Assembly: GCA_002269645.1 (NCBI GenBank)
Contig: NIVC01003277.1
Coordinates: forward strand, 1 to 64,000
DNA: 64,000 nt
From: Macrostomum lignano
Lineage: Eukaryota
Direction: 5' to 3'
The notes beneath the pieces were generated by a model. It was not told the DNA's origin. It did no database searches and saw nothing but the letters and a program-made list of their open reading frames with translations. The position numbers and the translations under genes were made by a program. Of the stretch, positions 1 through 10,560 are shown in pieces (position 1 is the stretch's first letter; every line of letters starts with the position of its first letter).

Positions 1-1053
1 CTGGAAGAGTCCAACTGCGAGGCGACGCCGCCAGCATCATTGACAGCTGACAGCAAGCCTCTGACAGCGCTGCACTGCCAGCGACAAAGCCAAGGCCATC
101 AGCCAGCCATTTTCAAGACTCTCAGAGGTTGCCCACCAGCTTTAGTAGCACACATGTTGCCCTTCAAGGAGCAACCATCTACTAGCTGAAGGCAACGAGG
201 ACAGCGACCACAGCATAGCTAGCGACGACCGCTACCAACTCGCTCGCGCGTCCTGTGTTCAAGAAAGTGAGATTCAGCATTGACGCCAACAGCTCTGCTG
301 ACTCACCTTCATCTGATGACGAATCCAATTCTGCGACAGGGATGCCAAAAAGACCGACAAGGATTGGCCTTCAAATTCAACAACAACCCGGCAACCGGTT
401 AGAGTAGCAACCATGCAGAGGGAGCTCCAGACCCGAACCATGCCGCCGCAGCAAAGCCGCATCAACTAATTTGACTAACAAATGCCAAACCTGGAACTTA
501 ACTGATCAAATCCCGAGACCAGTCACTCGTGAGGAGCTCCAGACACATCAGCATGCTGACTCTGCCATCGCGATGATGATCAACTTAATCGAAAGTCGAC
601 AGCCAAAACTGCCGCTAAATCAGCGATTGAGTCTAACAAGAGATAAGCAAAATCTGTTAGCATTCTATGAGCAATTGGAAGTCCGAGACGACGGACTATT
701 AGTCATTCATCTCAACGATGTTGGCAAGGAGGACAAAGCAAGGATCGTCCTGCCGAAGAGTCTCGATGCCACAGTGTTCGCCAACCTGCACGGTTTGCCC
801 TACTGCAGACACATGGGCTGAGACCTCTTCATCGCGAAGGTGCACGAAAGGTTCTGGCGACCTGCCCTGGCCAAGGCAGTGTCTGACTATGTCGCTTCCT
901 GCCAGACCTGCACTCAGAGCAAAGGACGGCGACGAGTTCCGGCACATGTATAATCATTTCCAATCTGCAAAATCTATGGGCAATGCGCGATCGACATCAT
1001 GGGCCCCACTGGAGACCCAACAGACCGAGGCAATAAGTACATCCTGACCTACG

Positions 1054-2621
1054 CAGTGCTGCCACTCTATATTGTAAAAAAATTAACGCACAAGGGAAAA
1101 AAACGCTTTCTAAAATTATGATTGTTTTTACCTCCCGTCACTAAAAGATGTTTGAACGTAGAATTTTTAACGCTAAATTCGAATTTTATATTTAATTTTT
1201 TCCTTGATTCCAGATAGGCAACACAACAAACAAAACACACAACACAGTGCAGCAGAATAATGAACCATAAAAAATAGCTGTAATGAATTGACTTTAATAA
1301 AAAATTGATTGCTAAAAAGTTGCTTGTACTTAAAGAACAATGTGAAAGTTTATCCGTCATAGACAGTCAGATCAATTTATTGTACTACATTGTCATGGTC
1401 ACAGGGCTTCTTGCTGGTGGAAGCTTCTCCATTGGCGTCGGCGATGGATTCTTGGTCCACATTGGCTTGACTAGAGGACTTGCGCTTCGTAGCTCTGCCT
1501 CCATCAAAATCACGTTGGTCTAGCATTTGGCGGTTTTTTCCACTGCCATTTCGGCTTTCTGGGCAGCCTCCCGCTCACGCTGCGCTTGCTTTAGGTGCTC
1601 AGCGACCTTCTGCAGCGCCAACTCTGCTTCGGTGACCTTTCGATTGGCTTCCTGCTCGAGGTCATGAGCAGCCTTCTCTCGCTGGCGAATCTTCGTTGCT
1701 TGCTCTAGGCGCTTCATTTCGCGATTTGCTGCCTCAGCATCCTTGGCCGCTTGCACTGCAGCAGCCGCCTGAGCCTTTTCTGTTGCCTTACGCTTTTTCT
1801 TTTCTGCCTGGTGGGCGAAATACTTGGCTCGTGCTTCGATCCCGAGATCAATCAGGTTCCGACTGATGTTCGCATAGATGCACAGTTGCTGAGTTGAGCA
1901 AAGGAAGCTACGAACTCGAAGATGAGCTAGACGAGTGGTGTCAGCCATTGCGTTTCGCTTTGAATTATCATCGATGTCACTTGACTTCCCTATAGCACGT
2001 TCTGGATCGGCATTGGCGTGGAAGAAGGTCATGACAGCTTGCGCTAACTTAGTCATCAAGGGGAACGCTGGCTCGTCGAAGATGTTCTTCTTATTGGCGA
2101 CCTGACGCCAGAAAAGTGCTGGTGCTGGGTAGCTTTCGACAAGATGCCCTTGAAGATGCAGCTGCTGAACTTCTTGACGAAGAGAGTCAAGTTCCTTTTG
2201 GCGTATTACTGTTGGCAGCTGCTTGGCCAGCGCAACAGCAAGGTCGGGACTCTCTTCGTCAAGCAGTTTGCCTGGATTGAGAACTTACAGGCGCCGTAGG
2301 AATGGAAGTTCAGTTGCTAGGTAGGCAGCAAAGGCTTGATAGAATGCACGAACCTTAAGAAAGAATAGTGCGTTTTGAGATTCTCGTCTTCCTGGGTCGC
2401 GGAGTAGAATTCGAGTCTCCTCGCCGACTCCCAGCTGGCTGTCATCGACTTGGCCGTTTCTTCGCTGGGCTTGTTTATTTATAATCATGAAAAAGGATGG
2501 GTACGGTGTATATAATAAGAAAAAACGCAGATATTACGCCTGGTGAAAAAATTATCGCATAACGCAGAGCCAGAGCTAAAAAAACGCAGCTGCGTTAAAA
2601 ACGCAGGTAGTGGCAGCACTG
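1054..2621 (-). mobile_element. Non-autonomous hAT-superfamily DNA transposon (internal deletion derivative, 1568 bp)
   Basis: Perfect 13-bp TIRs CAGTGCTGCCACT (1054-1066 and 2609-2621). 8-bp TSD GACCTACG (1046-1053 and 2622-2629). The minus strand encodes a hAT C-terminal dimerisation-like segment (FWRQ..FPLMTKLAQAVMTFFHANADPER). Confidence 0.9.
1520..2488 (-). pseudogene. 3' remnant of a hAT transposase (frameshift near 2285; no N-terminus or catalytic core)
   Basis: ORF 2285-2488 (GVGEETR..VRAFYQAF..LPF) and ORF 1520-2059, which extends upstream in frame to about 2285 and carries the hATC-like motif. Confidence 0.7.
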
Positions 2622-3751
2622 GACCTACGTTGACATGACATCAAAGTACCCCTTCACCTTTGCCATGAAAAATCAGCACGCCAAGACAATCATAACTCTC
2701 CTGCAAGAACAAGTCTTCCCGATCACTGGAATCCCCGCGTGGATCCATTCGGACCAAGGCTAGTTCACAGGACATAAGTTTTGACATTTCTGCAAAGTTT
2801 ATGGCATTTAACAAACAACAACGCCGCCATACTTGCCCTGAGCAAACAGTCAAGCTGAATCGTGCAACAAGAATATCAAGAAGGTGCTCACTTGTCTCCT
2901 AGAAGATCATCAACAATGGGACAAGATGCTGCCAGCTGCTTTGACAGCTCTGCAATCCGCTGTCAACCGTACAACGGGATTCCGCATTACGTCATCTATG
3001 GAGTGCCCTATTGGTATCCTATCGATAACACCCTAGACTGCCTAGACGTATCACCGGACCTCCCCGAGTACATCGCGAAGCATCAGCGCAGACTGGCCAA
3101 GACCGAGAGGATTGTGTGACAGCGATTGCAAGCTGAGATCCAATGCCGCGAAGAATACTACGAGAACCGACCCAAGCCCATGGAACTGCAGCCTGAAGAC
3201 CTGGTATGCCTGGCCAACTCAAAGCTCGAATTGGGCGAGTTGCCAAAGTTTCACCAGCCGTACAAGAGCATGTACAAGGTCAACAGAAAGGTCGGCAAAG
3301 TAGCCTATTGGATCCAGCCTGCAACAGCCCAACGTGGACGCCCAGCCAAAATGTTGGTACATCGCAACAACATAATTAAGGTGCCGCAGATGATGGCAGA
3401 CTGACTGCAGGAGCCGCCGCACCAAACTGAGCGGCCAATGTTGCCCTACGAGTCAAGTGATGAAAGCGAAGCCGACCCAGCCGATCAGCCCGCTCCAGAA
3501 CTGGAGATTTGGAAGTGCTGCCTGAAGGCGACCCGGATCTGCCTGACATTGGCATGGAGATGGAGCTCTAAAAGGTATTTACCAGCAATTTATTATTGCA
3601 CCTAATAGCTAAATTAATGATGCGCATTACTAGTACTAGTTGATTTTGCAAATGTGTTCTGAATTTTTATTGCTGTAAGCTTTCTCTGCATCCGCTCTGT
3701 GCTGAAAGCAGAATTTTAGTTTTGCGGTTCATTTGGCTGTAATTTCGTTCA

Positions 3752-3945
3752 ATTTTCCTTATGCTTGAGGGTCAAAAGCAGTCAATTTTGTACTTTCCTT
3801 ATGCTTGAGGGTCAAAAGCAATCAATTTTGTACTTTTCCTTATGCTTGAGGGTCAAAAGCAGTCAATTTTGCACTTTCCTTATGCTTGAGGGTCAAAATC
3901 AATCAATTTTGTACTTTTCCTTATGCTTGATGGTCAAAAGCAGCC
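3752..3945. repeat. Tandem repeat, 40/41-bp unit, about 5 copies
   Basis: ATGCTTGAGGGTCAAAAGC recurs at 3761, 3801, 3842, 3882 and 3923. Confidence 0.9.
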
Positions 3946-4296
3946 AACCTGTACTTTTTCCTTTTGCTTTCCAGCTAAAGCAATGTATTTCGAACTGACC
4001 AGCACTCATGTACAGTGTGCCATTAACTATATCCAACCCGATACTTATACCAGCACTCTTGCGCTCATTATTTAACCTTATGCTTTCTGGCAAAAGCATG
4101 TACTCATGCAGTCGATATTTATTCAATGTGTCAATATTTAATCAATGCGATACATTTGTAGTGACTGGCTGCTAACTGGCTATTCAGCAGCATTCACTAG
4201 CTTTCCCTAAGGGCGCTGTGATCCGCTGCACAGTAGCTCAGTCCACCTGATCTAGTGAGAGAGATACCCTGTGCTGGGCCTAAGTGTTTACTGCCC

Positions 4297-4660
4297 GATG
4301 ACTCATCGCCTGAGCGGGCGCGGGCAGCCACACTCAATGTCTTCCCACTCGCGCTGAGGAGGCGTAGCAGGATGACTCATCACCTGCGCGGAGTGTAAGG
4401 GCTGCCTAGAGGGAGTAAACAGGATGACTCATCCGCCCACATTTCTATTTTTAGCACAGACTAAGCACGTGACTGTGCACGCACTCTGTGCGTGGCCACT
4501 GACCTTGAGTCACGCCACTGCTGCGTGACAGGGTTGCCTTATTTGGAAGTTGGCCTTGGATCACATGTCGCCCGCATGATTCCAATGCCCAAATAAGGAA
4601 GTTTCACGCCCTCACCGCATGAAACTCACGTGACTTTTGGGGTCCGCTCGGCTATAAATA
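4297..4660 (+). promoter_or_regulatory. Dense Pol II promoter/enhancer-like motif cluster (AP-1 x4, CArG x2, E-box x2, CCAAT, TATA); possibly an LTR U3
   Basis: GATGACTCAT at 4297, 4371 and 4423; TGAGTCA at 4506; CCTTATTTGG 4537-4546; CCAAATAAGG 4589-4598; CACGTG at 4466 and 4627; CCAAT at 4582; TATAAATA 4653-4660. Confidence 0.55.
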
Positions 4661-5784
4661 TGGAGCATCTGCGAGCCATTTTTCTCCAGGACTCGACCGG
4701 AGCTGCCTCTGCCTCCGAGCTCTCCTCTCTCATTTTAGGTTTTCAGGTTTTCAGGTTCGAGCAGCATTCTACTAAGACGATTGACTGTCGAGACATTTTT
4801 CAGATTTGCCTTTGCTCCAAGCGACTTTGTTAATTTTCTTTCAGGTGACAGATAGACAACTCTGCTGATGCGTTGAGTCCGCACACCAAGGTGGCAGCAA
4901 CCCTACCAAGTAACGGCAACGTTTTAGGTTTATTTTCAAGCAAATCGATAGGTAGTACTGCGGTGCTATCTAGCTTCTTCAGGAGCAGCGGGTTCTATTT
5001 TCTAGGAACATCTTCAAGAACCCAAGAAGAAAGAGGCAAACTTTACACATTATTTTGCATTTCATCTAATTTTGCAAATCCCAGTTTATTGTAAACTTTC
5101 CTTGCATGCTATCGAAGTGCAGAAAGTATCCCCATTTTCCCTTATGCTTTCTGAAGAAAAGCAACTAACTTGTAAACCTTCCAGTTTGATTCAGACTGAA
5201 GGTATCTCTTTCCAGTTTGCTAGCCTACTGTCTAAGGCCAAACTGTCTTGTGCCCCGCTCAGGTCAAGCTGCCCTGGATCCAGGCCTTGCCCTCAGCAGA
5301 AGGCATTCAAGGACTCCCCTTTTTTCTTTTCTCTATTCTGATTTTGCTAGAGCCTGGGAACTCGTGAGGGCCGCCAGTTTGGCTCCTCTCCCCAGTGCCA
5401 TTTGTTTGCCCTATGCATTGTAACTCCTTATAGAGCCCCTGCGTATGTTATTATTTCTATTATTCTATTTAAACCTTCTGTTTATGCGATTTTTAGTTTC
5501 CTAACCACCAACCTGCTTGATGTGAGCCATTCAAGGTGTCCCATCTGATTCATTTGGCCCAGACCCCTGTCGCGCAGTTATCTGTTTTATTATCTCTTGA
5601 TTTCATGTGCCCACCCCATCTCTGTGCGCGCCTGCCATAGAGTGCATGAGGGGTGCTAGCCAGCTCCCACGGCTATTTAAGCCTTACTCTTACTCAGTTT
5701 GTTCTTTGTCGTATTTCCAATTGCGCTGTTATTTTCCTTGCGACTAATTTGTTTTCAATTTTTAATTATCTCTGTACTACTTCA

Positions 5785-6345
5785 ATGGCAAGCAACAACT
5801 CGATGTCGGAAAGTGCCGCCCCATCCACAGGCGCGTGCGACTTGACCCCCGACTTGACGGCGGCCATTGCCCGAGCCCCTTGGCTCCATCTGGACAAAAT
5901 TCTGGCTATCCGTGCAGTCACCGCAATGGCCGCAAGCACCACTCCAGCGCAGGTCTGGCTAAGACATGCCCTTGACGAGGCCTATTATCAGGCAACGCGA
6001 AAGGGGCACATACAGCTTGATGCCCCTTGGCAAATTTATTGCAGCCTGATGCCACCAGAATTGACCTGGGATATCCTAGAGAGCCTGCTTGGCCACGCAG
6101 AAGGCTATTTGCGGCAGTGGCCTGGGCGCCAGAGGCCAGCGCTGGCTCTGTTGCTAGCCCTTGCTTATCTCGAAGCTGGCCACCTCCAGGATGGCTGGCA
6201 ACCCAGGCTCTGTGCTTTCTAGGACGCTGCCATCGAGAAAGTCTCGGAGCAGCTTCAGTATGCTAACGGCCAACTCCAGGTGCTCGGGTGGCCACCCGCC
6301 GAGGATTCTTCTGATGCTATGGACCAACCACCTGAAGCCGCCTAG
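5785..6345 (+). CDS. Orphan GC-rich ORF of about 186 codons with one internal TAG at 6220-6222; product unknown, possibly TE-derived
   Basis: ATG at 5785 (MASNNSMSES...). The frame continues cleanly after the TAG (DAAIEKVSEQLQY...) to 6345. TATA-like CTATTTAAG about 110 bp upstream. No recognisable domain. Confidence 0.35.
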
Positions 6346-7536
6346 CCCCCGCACCAGTGCTGCAATGGTGATGGCAACCGCGGTGACTGGCCTGCAACCC
6401 ATGGTGGCCGAGCCCCTGCCAGCCGTGGCCGCTACTGATGTGGAATTGCAAGGTTTTGCAGACTTTTTTTCTTTGTAGGGTATCCCCGTGCATGTGGCAG
6501 TTGGGTTGCCACTTCGATTTTTTTGTAATTACTTTAATCATTTTGCATTCAATTTACTAAGTTTCTATGAATTTAATTACATGCCCCAACTCCTAGAAAT
6601 TTTTGTGTATTGTTTTCCAATAGTTGTTTATTTAGTCACTTTCCGGTATGTTGTCCTTTGTCCCAATTTTTGTTCCTCCAATTTGTCCCACCTATGAATC
6701 CATGTTTCCCCACTCTTTTTTGTTATTTTTTTCTTTTAATTTCTGCGTAAAACTGCCTTTGCTCAACCTTGTGCCCACTTGTTTGCCTAACCAGCTGCCC
6801 AGCTACCCATCCAAGTTTTGCCCCTGTAGTTGGAATTTATACTAACTATTTATATTGCATGTTTCAAGCGCTGCTAATTCTTGCTCTCTCTCTCTCACTC
6901 TCTTTTATTCTTGCATTTTTGTTATCTTTTAGTTTACTCCGGCTCTGCTCATCAAATCATTTGGATTGCACAATAATAATTGTTACCTGCCTGCTAAATA
7001 TTATTTTAATACTTAGTTAATAATAATTATTACTCTTATTAAGCGATAATACTTTCATTAACTAATAAGAAGCCTATAGTCTATTTTGAGTCTTGCCCGT
7101 GGGGTGTAAATAACCAAAGTCTCATCTCAAAGAAAGCTCTGAGACCATACGTTCTGTAATATATAAATTATGGTGGTGGCAGCAACTACCTTACTGAAAG
7201 TAACAAGCTTGACAAGCCAACGTATTAGATTAAGGTGTCAGAATCTCCGGTATTTATCAATTGAATGACCACATCACTATACGATTGCTCTGCTACGATT
7301 GCAACTACCCCCCCCTTGAACTTGAGGACCCGGCTGTTGGAGTAAAATAGGAGAAAATAATTTGTTATGATTCTTCTATGTGATTTTCCAGAACCATTTG
7401 TGCGAACTCAACGCTAGTAGCAATTCAAATGTGGAATCTGCCCTACCTCACTAGTGTCAGCAACTAATTTTCAAATAAACCTATTCCAAGAAAACTTTCT
7501 CCGCCCCCACCTCACATGCCTGAATTTTTGGGCATA

Positions 7537-7700
7537 TCTCTACATATAAAAATCAAAACTCTGTGTGTGTCTGTCTGTGTGTGGACAATTTTGATCGCTA
7601 TGGACTCCCAAACCACTCAACCAAATGACACCAAATTTTACACCCACCCTAAACTCACTACGGAGAATGTCTTAGGCTACCTTTAAATTTCCTAAATTTG
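7537..7700 (+). mobile_element. Possible 5' end of a non-autonomous Helitron-like element
   Basis: A|TCTCTACATATAAAAATC followed by a short GT/GTCT microsatellite and ...AACCACTCAACCAAATGACACCAAATTT, resembling known Helitron-N 5' ends. No convincing hairpin+CTRR|T 3' end found. Confidence 0.35.
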
Positions 7701-8764
7701 AGTCTTCCTACCTAAAAGTACAAAAAACTGCTCAAAATGTGCAATTTTTTCACTAAATCCTCCATAGCGCCGTTCCACTTTTACCGATTCTCTTCAAATT
7801 TGACATAGATAATCTTCAACTATTTGGAACAATCATGTAAAATTTCGAGTTTCAAAGTTAATCCTGAACGGCGCTGTGCACTTTTAAAGTTAGGCTGCTT
7901 TTTTCAGCGTAGCAACCACCCCAACCTCCGCCCGCCTGCCTCTCTTTCCCGATCCTGATCTGGGCCCAGATGTGTAAAAGGGGTTTCAAAATTGACTAAC
8001 TTTTGGCTGCCATAAGTTTGCTCCATGTGAAGCAATTGACTTCAAATTTGACACAATTATTTATTGACTCATTCTTTGTCTAATTGTAAAGTCTCAACTC
8101 TGTATCTCAATCAGGACAGAAACTGTAGGCATGTGAAGTCTGTCTGCTTTTTCTGTTGTTTGCTGCTCATCCAACTCATTCCCCCAGACAAAGGATCAGG
8201 CCATAGGGCTCAATGTACATAGCGAATGTACAGTGTTTTGGAATAACTTTTTAATAGCCTTCTCTGTACCCACGCGAGTGGAGAGGCGTGTGGAGAGGAG
8301 AGAGTTTAGCGAGAGATTCAAACTACTGTCCTCTGTATAGACAAGTCGCAGCAGTTAAACAAGGATGGCAAATCAAGGTGATGTGGGATGGTTTGTAAAA
8401 ATAGCAAAAAATTAATGAATAACTGATTACAATGCATGCAATCCTATCATCCTACTAAATTAGTTACACCATGAAAATTTTAACATTAAGATTCGCATAA
8501 GGTACTTTAAAATTTAAATGGCTTCCTAAGAAATGCATATTTCCTTGGTTGTTAGACTGCTGCAGACTGTGGTGGTGGAGCTGGAGATATACAAATTCCT
8601 CTTAGGGCTGCTAATTGGCCAGTAAGATTACGTGATTAAAGCATGAGAAATGATAACAACCATGATAGTACTATGTCCCATGATAGTACTTTCGAAGCAG
8701 TGATTGGCAGATTTTTATCTCAAAGGCCAGATAAAGAATCCAGCTCAGGGCTGCGGGCTAGACT

Positions 8765-9112
8765 ATTAGAGAGGGAGGAGGGGCGAGAGGGGGATAAGAG
8801 AAAAGATAGAAGATAACAGGAGAGACGAGGGGGTTGAGGAGAGAGCAGAGAATATGGGACAAAGAATCGAGAGGAGGGAAGAGAGAAGGGAGAGGAAATA
8901 GTAGAGGTGAGAAGATGGAGAGAGAAGAGGCAAGAGATGAGACAGGATCGATCAGAGAGGAGAGTAGAGAAGAGTGAGAAGAGATGAGAGAACAGAGAGG
9001 TAGATGAGAGAGGATCGAGAGGAGAGATTCGAAAGGATAGAGAAGAGAGGAGATAAGAGGGGGAGAGAGAGGGGGAGAGAGAGGAGTGAGAAGAGGAGAT
9101 AAGAGATAAGAG

Positions 9113-9181
<69 letters not shown>

Positions 9182-9904
9182 GAGAAAGAAGAGAGGAGAA
9201 AGGAGAGATGATAGAGTAAAGGGAAGAGGAGAGAAAGGAAAGATATGAGATTGTAGAGATGAGACAGATGAAAGGAGAGATGAGAGAGTAAAGATGAGAG
9301 ATTAAAAAGGTGAGAGGAGAGTGCAGAGAGACAAGAGAAGATAATAGAGGAGAGAGAGTATAGAAGAGGGAAGAGAAAAGAAGAGAGGAGCAAGGAAAGA
9401 GAGGAATCAGAAGAGGGGAAAGAAAAGAGTTCACAGGAAAGAGGAGAGTAAAGATGACAGAAAAGCGAGGGGAATGAGAGAGCAAAGATGAGAGTGAACA
9501 GACGAAGGAGAGATGAGAAGTGAGATAAGAGAGATAAAGGAGGAGAGAGTGGAGAGAGAAGAGAGAAGACAAGAGAGGGAGAGAGTATAGAAGAGAAGAG
9601 AAGAGAAGAGGAGAAAGGAGAAAGGAAAGAGAGGATTTAGAAGAGGTGAAAGAGAGAGTACAGAGGAGATAAGTGAGAGAACGTATAAGAGAGTAAATAT
9701 GACAGATGAGAGAGCAGAGATCAGGGTGAACAGACGAGAGATAGGAGAGTAGAGAGAACAGAGGAGAGATAAGAGAGAAGAGATTACAGAGACTAGAGGA
9801 GAGAGGAGAGACAGGGAGAGAAAAGTGAGTGAAGAGAGAGAAGAGGAAAGAGGAGAATGAAGAGGGGAGAGAGTAGAGAGGAGAAGAGAGATGGGAGAGG
9901 AGAG

Positions 9905-10000
<96 letters not shown>

Positions 10001-10560
10001 AGAGCAGTGAGAAAGGAGAACAGAAAAAAGGTAAAAGATAAAAGAAGAGAAAGGAATGATGAGAGAGCAAAGACGAGAGAGAAAAGAGGTGAGGGAAGAG
10101 ACGAGAGAAGAGGGGAGAGATGAGAGAGTAGAGGAGAGAGGAGAGGGGAGAGGAGAGAGAAAACGAAAAAGTAGAGAGGAGAAAGGAGAGGAGAGAGAAA
10201 CGAAGAGACAAGAGATGAGATAAGAGAGATGAAAGAGAAGAGAGATGAGGGAAGATACGAGAGAAGAGGGGAGAGATGAGAGAGTAGAGGAGAGAGTTAA
10301 GAGAAGAGAGAAAAGAATAGAAAGGAGAAGGAAGATAAGAGAGAAGAGGGGGTGAGAGGAGAGAGGAGAGGGGGAGAGAGGAGAGAGGAGAGAAAAGAAG
10401 AGACAAGAGATGAGATAAGAGAGATGAAAGAGAAGAGAGATGAGGGAAGATACGAGAGAAGAGGGGAGAGAGGAGAGAGGAGAGAGGAGAGAGGAGAGAC
10501 GAGGGATGAAAGAGATGAGAGGAAACAAAGAGACGATAGAAATTTTAAAGGATCCAAGGG
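8765..10560. repeat. About 1.8-kb purine-rich (GA) low-complexity tract with pure (GA)n cores and internal duplications
   Basis: Plus strand is almost all A/G. (GA)n at about 9117-9178 and 9908-9998. Confidence 0.95.

Larger units (their letters stand above)
1..3570 (+). mobile_element. Decayed Ty3/Gypsy LTR-retrotransposon pol region (integrase Zn-finger, core and C-terminal domain), interrupted by a hAT insertion at 1054-2621
   Basis: Manual translation gives H...H (LHGLPYCRHMG), then after a frameshift CQTC and IDIMGP..GNKYILTY. After the insertion it continues VDMTSKYPF..IPAWIHSDQG and a C-terminal PYK..YKV..VHRNNI segment. Multiple stops and frameshifts. No LTR pair seen. Confidence 0.85.

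Noticed and set aside
7300-7335. Possible polypurine tract and LTR start on the minus strand (AAGGGGGGGG then TAGTTG)
   Set aside because: No matching second LTR or adjacent pol sequence found, so it cannot be supported.
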